From NCBI GenBank assembly GCA_027064425.1, contig JAMOPO010000027.1:1-64000 (forward strand): a stretch of DNA of 64,000 nucleotides. The letters run 5' to 3'. Below the pieces are notes generated by a model that was not told where the DNA came from, made no database searches, and saw nothing but the letters and a program-made list of their open reading frames with translations. Positions 29,244 to 38,189 of this stretch are shown in pieces; positions within the stretch are counted from its first letter, which is position 1; the number at the start of each line of letters is the position of its first letter. The translations under genes and the position numbers were made by a program. Source of the DNA: Methanobacteriota archaeon. Lineage in GTDB: Archaea; JAADCQ01; Methanopyri; Methanopyrales; Methanopyraceae.

Positions 29244-29810
29244 GTGGAACCGGGCAAGTTCGTGCTGCCCGGTGACAAGATCACGCTGGCCGAGGCGTTC
29301 TACCCGGGCCCGGGAACGTACGAGGACAACGGCATCGTGCGGGCCGCCGTGACCGGGGTCGTGGAGGTCGACCTGGAGAACCGCGAGGTGCGCGTCAAGC
29401 CCACCGTGGACACCCCACCGAAGCTCCGCGAGGGCGTCCCCATCATCGGACGCGTGCAGACGGTGAAGGATCAGGTCGTCCTCGTCCGGATCGACTTCGC
29501 CCACGACCGCACGGACCGCGAGCCCGCGGCCTCGGGCGTCGGCGGCATCCACATCTCGCGCGTCAGGGACGCCTACGTCGAGGATCTTGCGGACGAGTTC
29601 CAGCCCGGAGACATCGTCCGCGCCAAGGTGATCAGCGTCAAGACGCCGATCCAGCTCTCCACGATGGGCGAGGAGTACGGGGTCATCCTGGCCTACTGCA
29701 GCCGGTGCCGCAGCGAGCTCGAGCGGATCAAAGGTAGAAAACTGAGGTGCCCCGCCTGCGGTCACACGGAGACCAGGAAGGTCGCGGCGGGGTACCTGAG
29801 GGAGGCCTGA
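29244..29810 (+). CDS. csl4: Exosome RNA-binding subunit Csl4
   Basis: FVLPGD, S1 domain (GDIVRAKV), Zn ribbon CSRC...CPACG..ETRKVA. Confidence 0.93.
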   Translation: MEPGKFVLPGDKITLAEAFYPGPGTYEDNGIVRAAVTGVVEVDLENREVRVKPTVDTPPKLREGVPIIGRVQTVKDQVVLVRIDFAHDRTDREPAASGVGGIHISRVRDAYVEDLADEFQPGDIVRAKVISVKTPIQLSTMGEEYGVILAYCSRCRSELERIKGRKLRCPACGHTETRKVAAGYLREA

Positions 29811-29828
29811 CCGAGGGAGGCCCGAGCC

Positions 29829-30509
29829 TTGACCCGGATGGAGAAACGCGAGGTCACCTTCTCCTTCCCCGACCAGGACACCGTGCACAAGTTCATCCGG
29901 GCGGTCGAGAACGAGCGGACCCGGGGCGTCGACGCCTTCCTCGAGGCGAAGGGGAACCGGGTCAAGGTCAAGGTGTTCGGCCCGCACACGGCCGTAGACG
30001 CCTACATCCAGCGGCTCAGCGAGCTGCGCAAGACCGTCTTGACGGAATCCGAGGACGAGAAAACCGTCCGACTGCATTTGAGCACGATCTGCCGGGAGGC
30101 CGAGGCACCCAAGGTGCCGGCCGAGCTCCTGGCCCAGGCCCTCGAGCGGCGCGGCTACAGGGCCGAGGCGCGCGGTCCCTGGCTCACCACTGATGCCCCC
30201 ATGCACGAGATCAAGGAGCTCGCCCGCGAGCTGTCCGAGGTGTACAAGGAGGCCCGATTTTACGCCGCCTCGGAGCCCGTCCGGCGCATTTTAGCCCTCG
30301 TTTGTCACGAGCACGACCTGGATCCTATGGACCTAGCCTACGAGGCTCTCGACCGGGGCCTCCTCCGGGAGAGTGAGGACGGCCGCTGCGAGCTGAGGAA
30401 GGATCCAGAAGAGACCCTAAAGGAGCTCGAGAAGCTCGCGTCCGAGCTCACGAGCGAGGAGGGTGAGCGCGGCCGGACCCTGGAGGAGATCTTCGAAGAG
30501 CGGCTGTAG
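29829..30509 (+). CDS. DUF2067-like protein
   Basis: ORF between csl4 and rpoL, the position where this family is commonly found. Confidence 0.6.
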   Translation: MTRMEKREVTFSFPDQDTVHKFIRAVENERTRGVDAFLEAKGNRVKVKVFGPHTAVDAYIQRLSELRKTVLTESEDEKTVRLHLSTICREAEAPKVPAELLAQALERRGYRAEARGPWLTTDAPMHEIKELARELSEVYKEARFYAASEPVRRILALVCHEHDLDPMDLAYEALDRGLLRESEDGRCELRKDPEETLKELEKLASELTSEEGERGRTLEEIFEERL

Positions 30510-30522
30510 GGGGTCGGGCCTC

Positions 30523-30864
30523 GTGCGGCTTCCCGATGTGGAGGTGAAGGTGAAGAAGTACGAGCGGGAGGAGGTCCTCCTCGAGCTGCCGGGCGAGGAC
30601 CACACGCTCTGCAACCTGCTGAAGTGGGCGCTCAACCAGAAGGATGGCATCGTCGCCACCTACCGGATCGAGCACCCCATCCTGGGCAAGCGGCACAAGG
30701 TCGAGGAGGAAGAGGAGCACGTGCCGCCCAAGGTGAGGATCCGCGCCATGGAGGAGGACGCGGACGCTCGGGAGGCGTTGAAGGAGGCCATCGACGAGCT
30801 GCTGGAGCTCATCGAGGAAGCCCGGGAGGAGTTTCAGGGGGCCCTGGAGGAGGTCGAGAGTTGA
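30523..30864 (+). CDS. rpoL: RNA polymerase subunit L (Rpo11)
   Basis: GEDHTLCNLL...YRIEHP. Confidence 0.95.
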   Translation: MRLPDVEVKVKKYEREEVLLELPGEDHTLCNLLKWALNQKDGIVATYRIEHPILGKRHKVEEEEEHVPPKVRIRAMEEDADAREALKEAIDELLELIEEAREEFQGALEEVES

Positions 30865-31454
30865 AGCTCAGGGAGGTCAAACCGGAGATCCGGGTCCTGG
30901 GCGTCGACGACGGTCACTACGGCCCGGAGGACGACCGCACGCTGGTCGTCGGCGTCGTGATGCGAGGCGGCAAGTGGATCGACGGCGTCATGTGCACCGA
31001 GGTCACCGTGGACGGTCTCGACGCCACGGACAGGATCGCCGAGATGATCAATCGGTCCAAGCACAAGCCCCAGCTCCGCGTGGTGCTCACGGACGGAGTA
31101 ACCTTCGCGGGCTTCAACATCCTCGACATCCAGCGCCTTCACGAGGAGACCGGGCTTCCGGTGGTCGCCGTGATCAAGCACGAGCCCGATCTCTCCTCCA
31201 TCATCTCCGCGCTGGAGAACCTGGACAGGACCGAGGAGCGCCGGAAGATGGTGCTCCGCGCGGGCCCCGTGTACGAGGCCACCACTAAACCGGGGGAACC
31301 GCCCGTATACTTCCAGTGCGCCGGGATCAGCCCGCGCGTTGCCGAGCTCGTCCTGAAGCGAACCGCCACGCGGCACCGGCTCCCCGAGCCCATCCGCGTC
31401 GCCCACTTCATTGCCACGGGGATCACCAAGGGGGAGTCCTCCAGTGGGGCCTAG
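30861..31454 (+). CDS. DUF99 family (endonuclease V-like, endonuclease dU)
   Basis: LGVDDG, DGLDAT, DGVTFAGFN, PEPIRVAH. Confidence 0.88.
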   Translation: MKLREVKPEIRVLGVDDGHYGPEDDRTLVVGVVMRGGKWIDGVMCTEVTVDGLDATDRIAEMINRSKHKPQLRVVLTDGVTFAGFNILDIQRLHEETGLPVVAVIKHEPDLSSIISALENLDRTEERRKMVLRAGPVYEATTKPGEPPVYFQCAGISPRVAELVLKRTATRHRLPEPIRVAHFIATGITKGESSSGA

Positions 31455-32028
31455 GCGCGTCGGCCGCGTTACCATCGCCCTGTACAACTCGTACGACCCG
31501 AGCCGGTACCATGAGATCCACACCCGGATGATCGCCCGAGCAGCCCCACTGTGCGTGGCGTACGACTTCAAGCTCGCGCTGCTCGGCTTCCCCCTGGACG
31601 ACGTCGGCGTGGAGACGCCGCGGGAGCTGGCGGAGCTCGTCGCCGAGGAGACGACCATCGGCGCCTCCGGCAGGGAGGTCCTGGAGCTCGCCGAGCGCAA
31701 CCACCTGGAGATTTACGACTACCCGGACCCCGGGTTCCCACCGCAGCTGGGGACTATCGTCGCCACGACCTGCCGCCCCGACCCCCGGAAGTCGATCGAG
31801 CCGGAGGACGTGGTGGAGCTCGTCCTGAAACCCCGGTCTGTGACCCTGGTGTTTGGACTGGGCCGACGCGGACTGCCGGACGAGGTGCTGGAGCAGGCCG
31901 AGTACCACCTGGACATCACCGGGCGGGGGATCTCGCTGGAGACGTCGACCGCGATCGGCGCCGTGACGGCCGTCGTCGGCCACCTGCTGAAGAGGAGGCT
32001 GGAGCCCGACCCGGCTAAACGTTATTGA
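31444..32028 (+). CDS. DUF531 family, SPOUT-like RNA methyltransferase
   Basis: TIALYNSYD, GLGRRGLP, HLDITG..ISLETSTAIG. Confidence 0.85.
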   Translation: MGPRRVGRVTIALYNSYDPSRYHEIHTRMIARAAPLCVAYDFKLALLGFPLDDVGVETPRELAELVAEETTIGASGREVLELAERNHLEIYDYPDPGFPPQLGTIVATTCRPDPRKSIEPEDVVELVLKPRSVTLVFGLGRRGLPDEVLEQAEYHLDITGRGISLETSTAIGAVTAVVGHLLKRRLEPDPAKRY

Positions 32029-32038
32029 ACTCGAAACG
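32020..32038. repeat. 19-bp palindromic element, copy 1 (degenerate), 3' of tRNA-Trp
   Basis: Minus strand GAAT-CGTTTCGA-GTT-CAATAACG. Confidence 0.6.
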
Positions 32039-32046
32039 ATTCGGGC

Positions 32047-32202
32047 TGGTGGGCCCGCCGGGATTTGAACCCGGGTCACGGGGTGTCTTCGACCCGCCTC
32101 ATCGCTCCAAGGGGCTCCACACCAGAGCCCCGGCACACCCCATGCCAGTCATCGGCGGGCCCCTGGAGCCCCGCATGATAGACCAGGCTACACCGCGGGC
32201 CC
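32047..32202 (-). tRNA. trnW: tRNA-Trp(CCA) with 78-nt intron (32085-32162); C8; encoded CCA
   Basis: GGGCCCG-C8-GGTGTAGCCTGG...CGGGG-CT-CCA-G|intron|A-CCCCG...TTCAAAT...CGGGCCC-A-CCA; bulge-helix-bulge junction. Confidence 0.96.
32085..32162 (-). ncRNA. Intron-encoded C/D-box guide RNA of pre-tRNA-Trp
   Basis: GCCCGCC/GGCGGGT stem, C-like GATGAC, D-like ATGA; guides GGGGTGT and CCTTGGAGC are complementary to the tRNA's own anticodon arm. Confidence 0.8.
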
Positions 32203-32231
32203 GACACCCAGGCCGGGGCGACCCCAGCCGA

Positions 32232-32242
32232 ATACTTAAGCG
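32232..32242 (-). promoter_or_regulatory. TATA-like promoter of tRNA-Trp
   Basis: CGCTTAAGTAT on the minus strand, ~30-40 nt upstream of the tRNA. Confidence 0.55.
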
Positions 32243-32255
32243 TTGCCCCGACCTA

Positions 32256-32274
32256 CGTTACGAGGCTCGCAACG
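32256..32274. repeat. 19-bp palindromic element, copy 2
   Basis: CGTTACGA-GGC-TCGCAACG. Confidence 0.75.
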
Positions 32275-32302
32275 ATACGCGGCGGGGCGATGAACCCTGA
32301 CG

Positions 32303-32441
32303 TCGCCAGTCGGCACGCTTCGGGCGTCCCGGGAGTCCTGGAGGCCCCGTGATACACACTTCAACCAGACTCATCGGGTGCGCCGTGGTTCCCCTCCCGC
32401 GAGCCCGCCGGAGTCGGTTCCCCCGCGGCTCCGCTGGCGAC
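32303..32441. ncRNA. Unassigned rod-like structured RNA candidate
   Basis: Nested stems GTCGCCAG/CTGGCGAC, CGGGC..CGGGAG/CTCCCG..GCCCG, CCCG(A)TGA/TCACGGG in a gap with no credible ORF. Confidence 0.5.
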
Positions 32442-32487
32442 TGGCCCCCGGCCGGGACGTCCCCCTGCGGCCCCGTCGGGCCGGGAC

Positions 32488-32506
32488 CGTTCTGGGCGTC
32501 GCAACG
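32488..32506. repeat. 19-bp palindromic element, copy 3 (degenerate)
   Basis: CGTTCTGG-GCG-TCGCAACG followed by AT. Confidence 0.55.
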
Positions 32507-32564
32507 ATGCGCCCAGGCCCAATTTAGTCGACGGTTCGAGGGATCCATCCGGGGGGAGGCCGGG

Positions 32565-33482
32565 ATGCTCCACGGTCGCGTGGAAGAGGTGCTCCGGAAG
32601 CAGGGTTACGGTCTCGTGGGCAAGCATTCGGCCGTGAAGCCCTGCCACTGGTGCCGGGAGGCGATCAAGAACGGGCGGCACTGCTACAAGGCCAAGTTCT
32701 ACGGGGTGGAGAGCCATCGCTGCCTTCAGATGACGCCCACGGTCGCGTGGTGTCAGCAGCGGTGCGTGTACTGCTGGAGGCCCGTCGAGCTAACGGAGGG
32801 GACCGACGACGTTCCGGACCCGGACGACCCGGATCTGATCGTGGAGAGAAGCGTCGAGGAGCAGCGGCGCTTCCTGCAGGGCTACGGTCATCTGGAGGGT
32901 GAGGCGCGGAGGCGGTGGAAGGAGGCGATGGAGCCGCGGCACGCGGCGATCAGCCTGGCGGGCGAGCCCACGCTGTACCCGCGCATCGGGGAGCTCATCG
33001 ACGCGTTCCACTCGCACGGATTCAAGACGACTTTCCTGGTCACTAACGGCCTGCGGCCCGACCGGATCGAGTCGTTAGAGCGCGAACCCACCCAGCTGTA
33101 CGTGTCCCTGGACGCGCCCAACGAGGACCTGCATCGCCGGATTAACCGGCCGATGGTGCCGGACTCCTGGGAGCGGATCCGCCAGACCCTGGAGCTGCTG
33201 AGCTCCCTCAGCTGTCGTACCGTAATTCGGATCACCGCGATCAAGGGGTGGAACATGGACGGGACGGCGGAGGAGTTCGGCCGGCTGCTGGCCGAGGTGG
33301 AGCCGGACTACGTCGAGGTCAAGGGGTTCATGTGCGTGGGATGGGCGGCGTTCCGGATGACGCCGGACAACATGCCCAGCCACGAGGAGGTGAAGGAGTT
33401 CGCCGCCGAGATCGCCGAGCACGCCGGGTTCGAGCTCGTGGACGAGTCGCCACCCAGCCGCGTCGCCCTCCTGTCCTCCTAG
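32565..33482 (+). CDS. taw1: 4-demethylwyosine synthase (radical SAM, Taw1/TYW1)
   Basis: HSAVKPCHW, CYKAKFYG.ESHRCLQMTP, CQQRCVYCWR, AISLAGEP. Confidence 0.95.
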   Translation: MLHGRVEEVLRKQGYGLVGKHSAVKPCHWCREAIKNGRHCYKAKFYGVESHRCLQMTPTVAWCQQRCVYCWRPVELTEGTDDVPDPDDPDLIVERSVEEQRRFLQGYGHLEGEARRRWKEAMEPRHAAISLAGEPTLYPRIGELIDAFHSHGFKTTFLVTNGLRPDRIESLEREPTQLYVSLDAPNEDLHRRINRPMVPDSWERIRQTLELLSSLSCRTVIRITAIKGWNMDGTAEEFGRLLAEVEPDYVEVKGFMCVGWAAFRMTPDNMPSHEEVKEFAAEIAEHAGFELVDESPPSRVALLSS

Positions 33483-33846
33483 GCGCGTACTCACCCCGGG
33501 CGACTCCGCGGCAATGAGTTTAGGGCGCGCTACCCTCGCCCCGGACTCGACTCTGATGGCCAGTGCTAGGCGGGTCGAGCGCCCGGCGCGCTAACGACGC
33601 GGCGGTCAGGCTCGGGGCATCGGGCCGGCCGAGGTCGGTGTGCACGCGTCTGGCACCGTGTCCGCGGCTGCGGGCGCGCCGATCCGGCTGTCGCCGGAGC
33701 CGCGGGCGCCGCCGGGCTACCCCCCCGCGCCAAGGGGCTCGTCACCGCAGAATCGGGAGGATCGAGCCCGGGAGGACTCCGCTGCGAACTGCCGCGTGGC
33801 TTACCCGGTTCTTGATGTTCCGGAAACACCTTTGGAGGGAAGTCGG

Positions 33847-34770
33847 ATGATCGTCCGGCTGGCCTGGGCGGTGATGGACTTCCTGGTGACGGTGCTGAAG
33901 GTGGCTCCGATGGTCTTCCTGGGCTTCTTCGCGGCCTCGCTGATGACGGGGTTGAGGGTACACGAGAGGATGGGTAGGCTGCTGGGAGACCGGCTGGCGG
34001 GCTGGGGACTCACCCCGGAGGCCGCCTCGGCGCTGGCGGCCTCACTGGTGAGTCCAAGCGCCAGCTACCCGATGCTCGCGGAGCTTCAGCGGGATGGGCG
34101 GCTGGACGATCGGGACGTGGTGCTGCTGGTCGTGGCGACGACGCTCCCGACGACGGTCGGCGAGATGCTCCTCAAGGGACCCCTCTTCGCGGCCCTGGCG
34201 ATCCTGGGCCCGAAGCTCGGCCTGGAGTACGTGGGCGCGCTCCTGCTCTCGGCCTCGATTCAGACCGTGCCGGCCCTGTTGGTCTACGGTCGACGAAGGT
34301 CCCGCGCGGGTGGTTCACCCGACGTGCCGGTCGGTCCCGGAGCCGCCCAGCCGGTGAGGGAGGTCGTGAGGAGTGCGCTGCGAAGGGCGGCGCGGCGCAT
34401 GGCTCACGTGCTCCCGCGGATGATCGGGGTGGGCGCGCTGACCGTGGTGTTGGCCGAGCTCGTCCGGTGGCACGTTCGAGGCGGGTTCGGCCCGGTGCTG
34501 GCCACGGTGCTGGCCAACCTGAGCCACTACACCGTTGGGTACGCGACGGTGGCCGAGTTCGTCCGCCGGGGAATGCTCTCGGAGCGGGAGGCGGTCGCGG
34601 CGCTGCTGATCGCCGGCTGTGCGAACGTGCTGGCGATCTTCCTGCGCGCGTCGCTGGCCACGTACGTGTCGATCTTTGGGGGTCGGCTGGGAGTTAAGGT
34701 GTGGGCGGCGAACCTGGGGACGAGTATCGGGGCGAGGTTGCTGGTGGCCGGACTGCTGCTGCTGGCGTGA
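33847..34770 (+). CDS. Polytopic membrane protein (nucleoside-recognition/Gate domain-like)
   Basis: GGAGGG RBS; two hydrophobic halves. Confidence 0.7.
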   Translation: MIVRLAWAVMDFLVTVLKVAPMVFLGFFAASLMTGLRVHERMGRLLGDRLAGWGLTPEAASALAASLVSPSASYPMLAELQRDGRLDDRDVVLLVVATTLPTTVGEMLLKGPLFAALAILGPKLGLEYVGALLLSASIQTVPALLVYGRRRSRAGGSPDVPVGPGAAQPVREVVRSALRRAARRMAHVLPRMIGVGALTVVLAELVRWHVRGGFGPVLATVLANLSHYTVGYATVAEFVRRGMLSEREAVAALLIAGCANVLAIFLRASLATYVSIFGGRLGVKVWAANLGTSIGARLLVAGLLLLA

Positions 34771-34778
34771 TCGAGGGG

Positions 34779-34790
34779 TGAACTTTATAG
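34779..34790 (+). promoter_or_regulatory. TATA box upstream of alba
   Basis: TGAACTTTATAG. Confidence 0.55.
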
Positions 34791-34849
34791 CGTCCGCTCA
34801 GGGCGCGAAACCGCGCTAAAGGCGCAAAGCGGCGCGAGGGGTGGTTTCG

Positions 34850-35134
34850 ATGGCGGAAGAGGAGAACGTCATCTACGTCGGCAACAAGCCCGTGACCAAC
34901 TACGTGCTCGCCGTGATGACGCAGTTCAGTGAGGGCGCCGACGAGGTCAAGCTGGTGGCCAGGGGCCGGGCCATCAGCCGGGCCGTCGACGTCGCCGAGT
35001 TCATCAGGAACAACGTCATGCCGGAGGTGGAAGTGAAGGACATTGAGATCGGCACCGAGGAGATCGAAACGGAGGAAGGAGACACGATCAGCGTGTCCAC
35101 GATCGCCATTACGCTGGTTAAGCCCTCGGAGTAA
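34850..35134 (+). CDS. albA: Chromatin protein Alba
   Basis: [12 protein letters not shown]...[14 protein letters not shown]. Confidence 0.97.
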   Translation: MAEEENVIYVGNKPVTNYVLAVMTQFSEGADEVKLVARGRAISRAVDVAEFIRNNVMPEVEVKDIEIGTEEIETEEGDTISVSTIAITLVKPSE

Positions 35135-35166
35135 GCCCCTCCTTCCTCCCACGCCCCCTTACGAGG

Positions 35167-35982
35167 GTGCCCTTCTTGTCGCTTAAAGTTGAGGACGTGA
35201 TGACGGAAGACCCGGTCACGGTCGACGCGGACCAGTCCCTCAAGTTCGCCCTCCGCACGATGGAACGCGAGCGGGTCAACCGGCTCCTCGTGACCGAGCG
35301 CGTCTCTGAGGGTCGGAAGGAGCTAGTTGGGATCATCACCGTCCTCGACGCCGCGCTCGCGGTTGCCGACGCGCGCTTCGGTGACGTCCCGCCGTCGCGG
35401 ATTAAGGTCTCCGAGGTCATGACCTCGCCCGTCGTGACCATTTCCCCGGACGCGACCGTGGACCAGGCGATCAAGACGATGCTCTCCCACGGGATCTCCG
35501 GCCTGCCCGTCCTGGACGGGGACCGGCTCGTCGGCATCGTCACCAAGACCGACCTGCTCGACCTGGTCGAGTCCGAGGACTACGTCGCCCTGCACATGAC
35601 CAAAAACCCCGTTACGGTGTCCGCGGGGGCCAGCCTGCTCCACGCTCGCCGGCTGATGTTCGAGGAGGGCGCGAAGGTCCTTCCCGTCGTGGAGCGTGAG
35701 CGCCTGTCGGGCCTCCTCACAGATAGGACTTTGGCCGTGGAACTGGCGCGGCTGAGGGAGAAAACGCCCAAGGGTAAGTTCAAGTCGAGGCTGAAGCGGG
35801 TGCTCGTGGACGACGTCATGCGCCCACCGGTGGCGGTTAGGACGGACTTCGGCCTGGTGGACGCGGCGGAGCTGATCGCGCGGAAGCGCGTGCCGGGCCT
35901 GCCCGTGGTTAACTACCGGGATGAGGTGGTCGGGGTGATCACCAAGACGGACCTCCTCCGGACCCTGGTGGAGGGAACCTAG
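35167..35982 (+). CDS. CBS-domain protein (4 CBS)
   Basis: Repeated VMT..PVTV and LPV...GIVTKTDL motifs. Confidence 0.92.
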   Translation: MPFLSLKVEDVMTEDPVTVDADQSLKFALRTMERERVNRLLVTERVSEGRKELVGIITVLDAALAVADARFGDVPPSRIKVSEVMTSPVVTISPDATVDQAIKTMLSHGISGLPVLDGDRLVGIVTKTDLLDLVESEDYVALHMTKNPVTVSAGASLLHARRLMFEEGAKVLPVVERERLSGLLTDRTLAVELARLREKTPKGKFKSRLKRVLVDDVMRPPVAVRTDFGLVDAAELIARKRVPGLPVVNYRDEVVGVITKTDLLRTLVEGT

Positions 35983-38019
35983 TTGTCACTCGTCGGGATC
36001 GACATCGGCGGCACTTTCACCGACCTCGTCGAGTACGACGGCCGGCGCCTCCGGGTCAAAAAGGTGCCCTCTTCACCCCGGCGGCCCGAGCGGGCCTTCA
36101 AGCGCGCCCTGTCGGAGGTGAAAGGGTCACCGGACGCCGTCCTTCACGCGACCACGATCGGCACGAACGCGTTCCTGGGGCAGCGCGGGCTCGAGCTTCC
36201 GAAGGTCGCCCTAATCACCACGCTCGGCTTCCGGGACCTCATCGAGATCGGTCGCCAGGTCCGGCCCCAAATGTACACCCTGGAGCCCAGGAAGCCCGAG
36301 CCGCTGGTCCCGCGCAGCCTGAGATTCGAGGTCAAGGAGCGGGTGTCCCCGGACGGCGAGGTGATCGTCCCGGTGGACGAGGACGGGCTCCGGGAGATCG
36401 CTCGAGAACTGCGCTCGAGGAACGTTCGCGTGGTCGTCATCTCCTTCCTGCACGCGTACGCGAACCCCGAGAACGAGAAGCGGGCGAAAGAAGTGCTGAG
36501 AAAGGAGCTCGGCGATGAGGTGGAGATCGTCTGCTCCCACGAGGTGTGCCGGGAGTACCGGGAGTACGAGCGCACGTCCACGGCGTTGGTGAACGCGGTC
36601 CTGCGCCCGCTGGTGAGCGAGTACGTGGAGCGAACGCGCGAGGCCGTCCGGAAGGCGGGCGCCTCGGATTACCTCCTGATGCAGTCTGACGGGTACGCGG
36701 TGCCGGCGGAGCGTGTCATACACACTCCGGCCAAGCTGATCGAGTCGGGACCGGCCGCCGGGGTGGTGGCGACGCGGGTCGTGGGCGAGTGGCTGGGCGA
36801 GTCCCGGCTTATATCGTTCGACATGGGCGGGACGACGGCGAAGGCGGGGACGGTCGTTGACGGGCGCTACGAGGTGACTAAGGAGTACGAGGTGGGCGGC
36901 GAGACTCACCGCGGTCGGCGCATCCGGGGCTCCGGGTACCCGGTGCTGCACCGGTTCGTCGACCTGACCGAGTGCAGCGCGGGCGGCGGGACGATCGTCT
37001 GGGTGGACGAGGCCGGCGCGCTGCGCGTCGGGCCCATCAGCGCCGGTGCGGATCCCGGCCCGGTGTGTTACGGGAAGGGCGGCGCTGACCCGACGATCAC
37101 TGACGCCAACGTGACGCTGGGCCGGCTGAACCGGAAGGCGTTGTTAGGAGGCGAGATGCCCATCGACGCGGGGGCGGCGGACCGAGCGTTCAAAGGTCTA
37201 GCGGAGGCCGTGGGCGACGAGCCCGAGGAGGTGGCCTACCAGGCCATTCGGCTCGCGGTGGAGGAGATGGCGCGCATCGTCCGCATCGTCACCGTGGAGC
37301 GGGGGCACGATCCTCGGGACTTCTCCCTGGTGGCCTTCGGCGGGGCGGGCCCACTCCACGCGGCCGAGCTGGCGGAGGTGCTGGGCGTCCAGCGCGTGAT
37401 CGTGCCGCAGCACCCCGGCGTCTTCTCGGCGTTCGGGCTGCTGGCCGCTGAGACGGCCTGGGAGCACGTGGTCCCGGTGCTGAAGTCCACGGGGGAGCTG
37501 GAGGACGAGGAGCTGGAGCGCGCGATAAGCGAGGCCGTGTCGCGCGCCTCGAAGGTACTGCCCGGCGAGCCGGACGAGGTGCGAGTTATCGTCGAGGCCC
37601 GGTATCAGGGCCAGGCTCACGAGCTGGACGTCGACGTGGAACCCAAGACCTCGGTGAAGGACGTGGAGGAGGCGTTCCACGCCCGCCACGAGGCCGTGCA
37701 CGGGTTCCGTCTGGACGCTCCGGTTGAGATCGTGAACGTGCGGGCCGTGGCCGTCGCCCGCCGGGAGCCCCCGAGGCCGGAGCCGCTGAAGGAAGGGGGA
37801 GAGGAGAACCCGGACCGGGCGGTGAACGAGCGCCGGGAGGTTTACTTCGAGGACGAGGGGTTCGTGGAGGCCCCCGTCTTCGACCGAGGGCGGCTCCGGG
37901 CGGGGGATGAGATCGAGGGGCCCGCGGTCATTGAGGAGTACGACTCCACGACGCTCGTTCCGCCGGGGTGGAGGGCGCGCGTCCACGAGTTAGGCGCCCT
38001 GATTCTGACCCGGGAGTGA
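35983..38019 (+). CDS. Hydantoinase A/5-oxoprolinase alpha family protein
   Basis: IDIGGTFTD, HATTIGTN, ESGPAAG, DMGGTT, SAGADPGP, FGGAGPLH. Confidence 0.92.
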   Translation: MSLVGIDIGGTFTDLVEYDGRRLRVKKVPSSPRRPERAFKRALSEVKGSPDAVLHATTIGTNAFLGQRGLELPKVALITTLGFRDLIEIGRQVRPQMYTLEPRKPEPLVPRSLRFEVKERVSPDGEVIVPVDEDGLREIARELRSRNVRVVVISFLHAYANPENEKRAKEVLRKELGDEVEIVCSHEVCREYREYERTSTALVNAVLRPLVSEYVERTREAVRKAGASDYLLMQSDGYAVPAERVIHTPAKLIESGPAAGVVATRVVGEWLGESRLISFDMGGTTAKAGTVVDGRYEVTKEYEVGGETHRGRRIRGSGYPVLHRFVDLTECSAGGGTIVWVDEAGALRVGPISAGADPGPVCYGKGGADPTITDANVTLGRLNRKALLGGEMPIDAGAADRAFKGLAEAVGDEPEEVAYQAIRLAVEEMARIVRIVTVERGHDPRDFSLVAFGGAGPLHAAELAEVLGVQRVIVPQHPGVFSAFGLLAAETAWEHVVPVLKSTGELEDEELERAISEAVSRASKVLPGEPDEVRVIVEARYQGQAHELDVDVEPKTSVKDVEEAFHARHEAVHGFRLDAPVEIVNVRAVAVARREPPRPEPLKEGGEENPDRAVNERREVYFEDEGFVEAPVFDRGRLRAGDEIEGPAVIEEYDSTTLVPPGWRARVHELGALILTRE

Positions 38020-38036
38020 TCCGCCCAGGCGCCGAT

Positions 38037-38055
38037 CGTTTTGATAATCAGAACG
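38037..38055. repeat. 19-bp palindromic element, copy 4, 3' of tRNA-Cys
   Basis: AT-CGTTTTGA-TAA-TCAGAACG-AT. Confidence 0.8.
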
Positions 38056-38063
38056 ATTCCCGG

Positions 38064-38139
38064 TGGAGCCGCGGCCGGGATTTGAACCCGGGTTACGGGA
38101 TCTGCAGTCCCGCGCCCCGCCAGGCTAGGCTGCCGCGGC
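38064..38139 (-). tRNA. trnC: tRNA-Cys(GCA); C8; U73; encoded CCA
   Basis: GCCGCGG-C8-A-GCCTAGCCTGG...CGGGA-CT-GCA-GA-TCCCG...TTCAAAT...CCGCGGC-T-CCA. Confidence 0.96.
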
Positions 38140-38172
38140 CTCGGTGGGGCCGTGCGTGCGCACCCGGCCCCC

Positions 38173-38189
38173 AGTTTTAAGTCTTTCCC
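38173..38189 (-). promoter_or_regulatory. BRE/TATA promoter of tRNA-Cys
   Basis: GAAAGACTTAAAA, near-identical to the tRNA-Ile promoter GAAAGACTTAATA. Confidence 0.7.

Noticed and set aside
32303-32441. Possible 5S rRNA, SRP RNA or RNase P RNA
   Set aside because: Lacks the 5S CCGAAC/AGUA pattern, the SRP GGAA-GGGAGCA helix-8 motif and the RNase P GAGGAAAGUCC motif on both strands.
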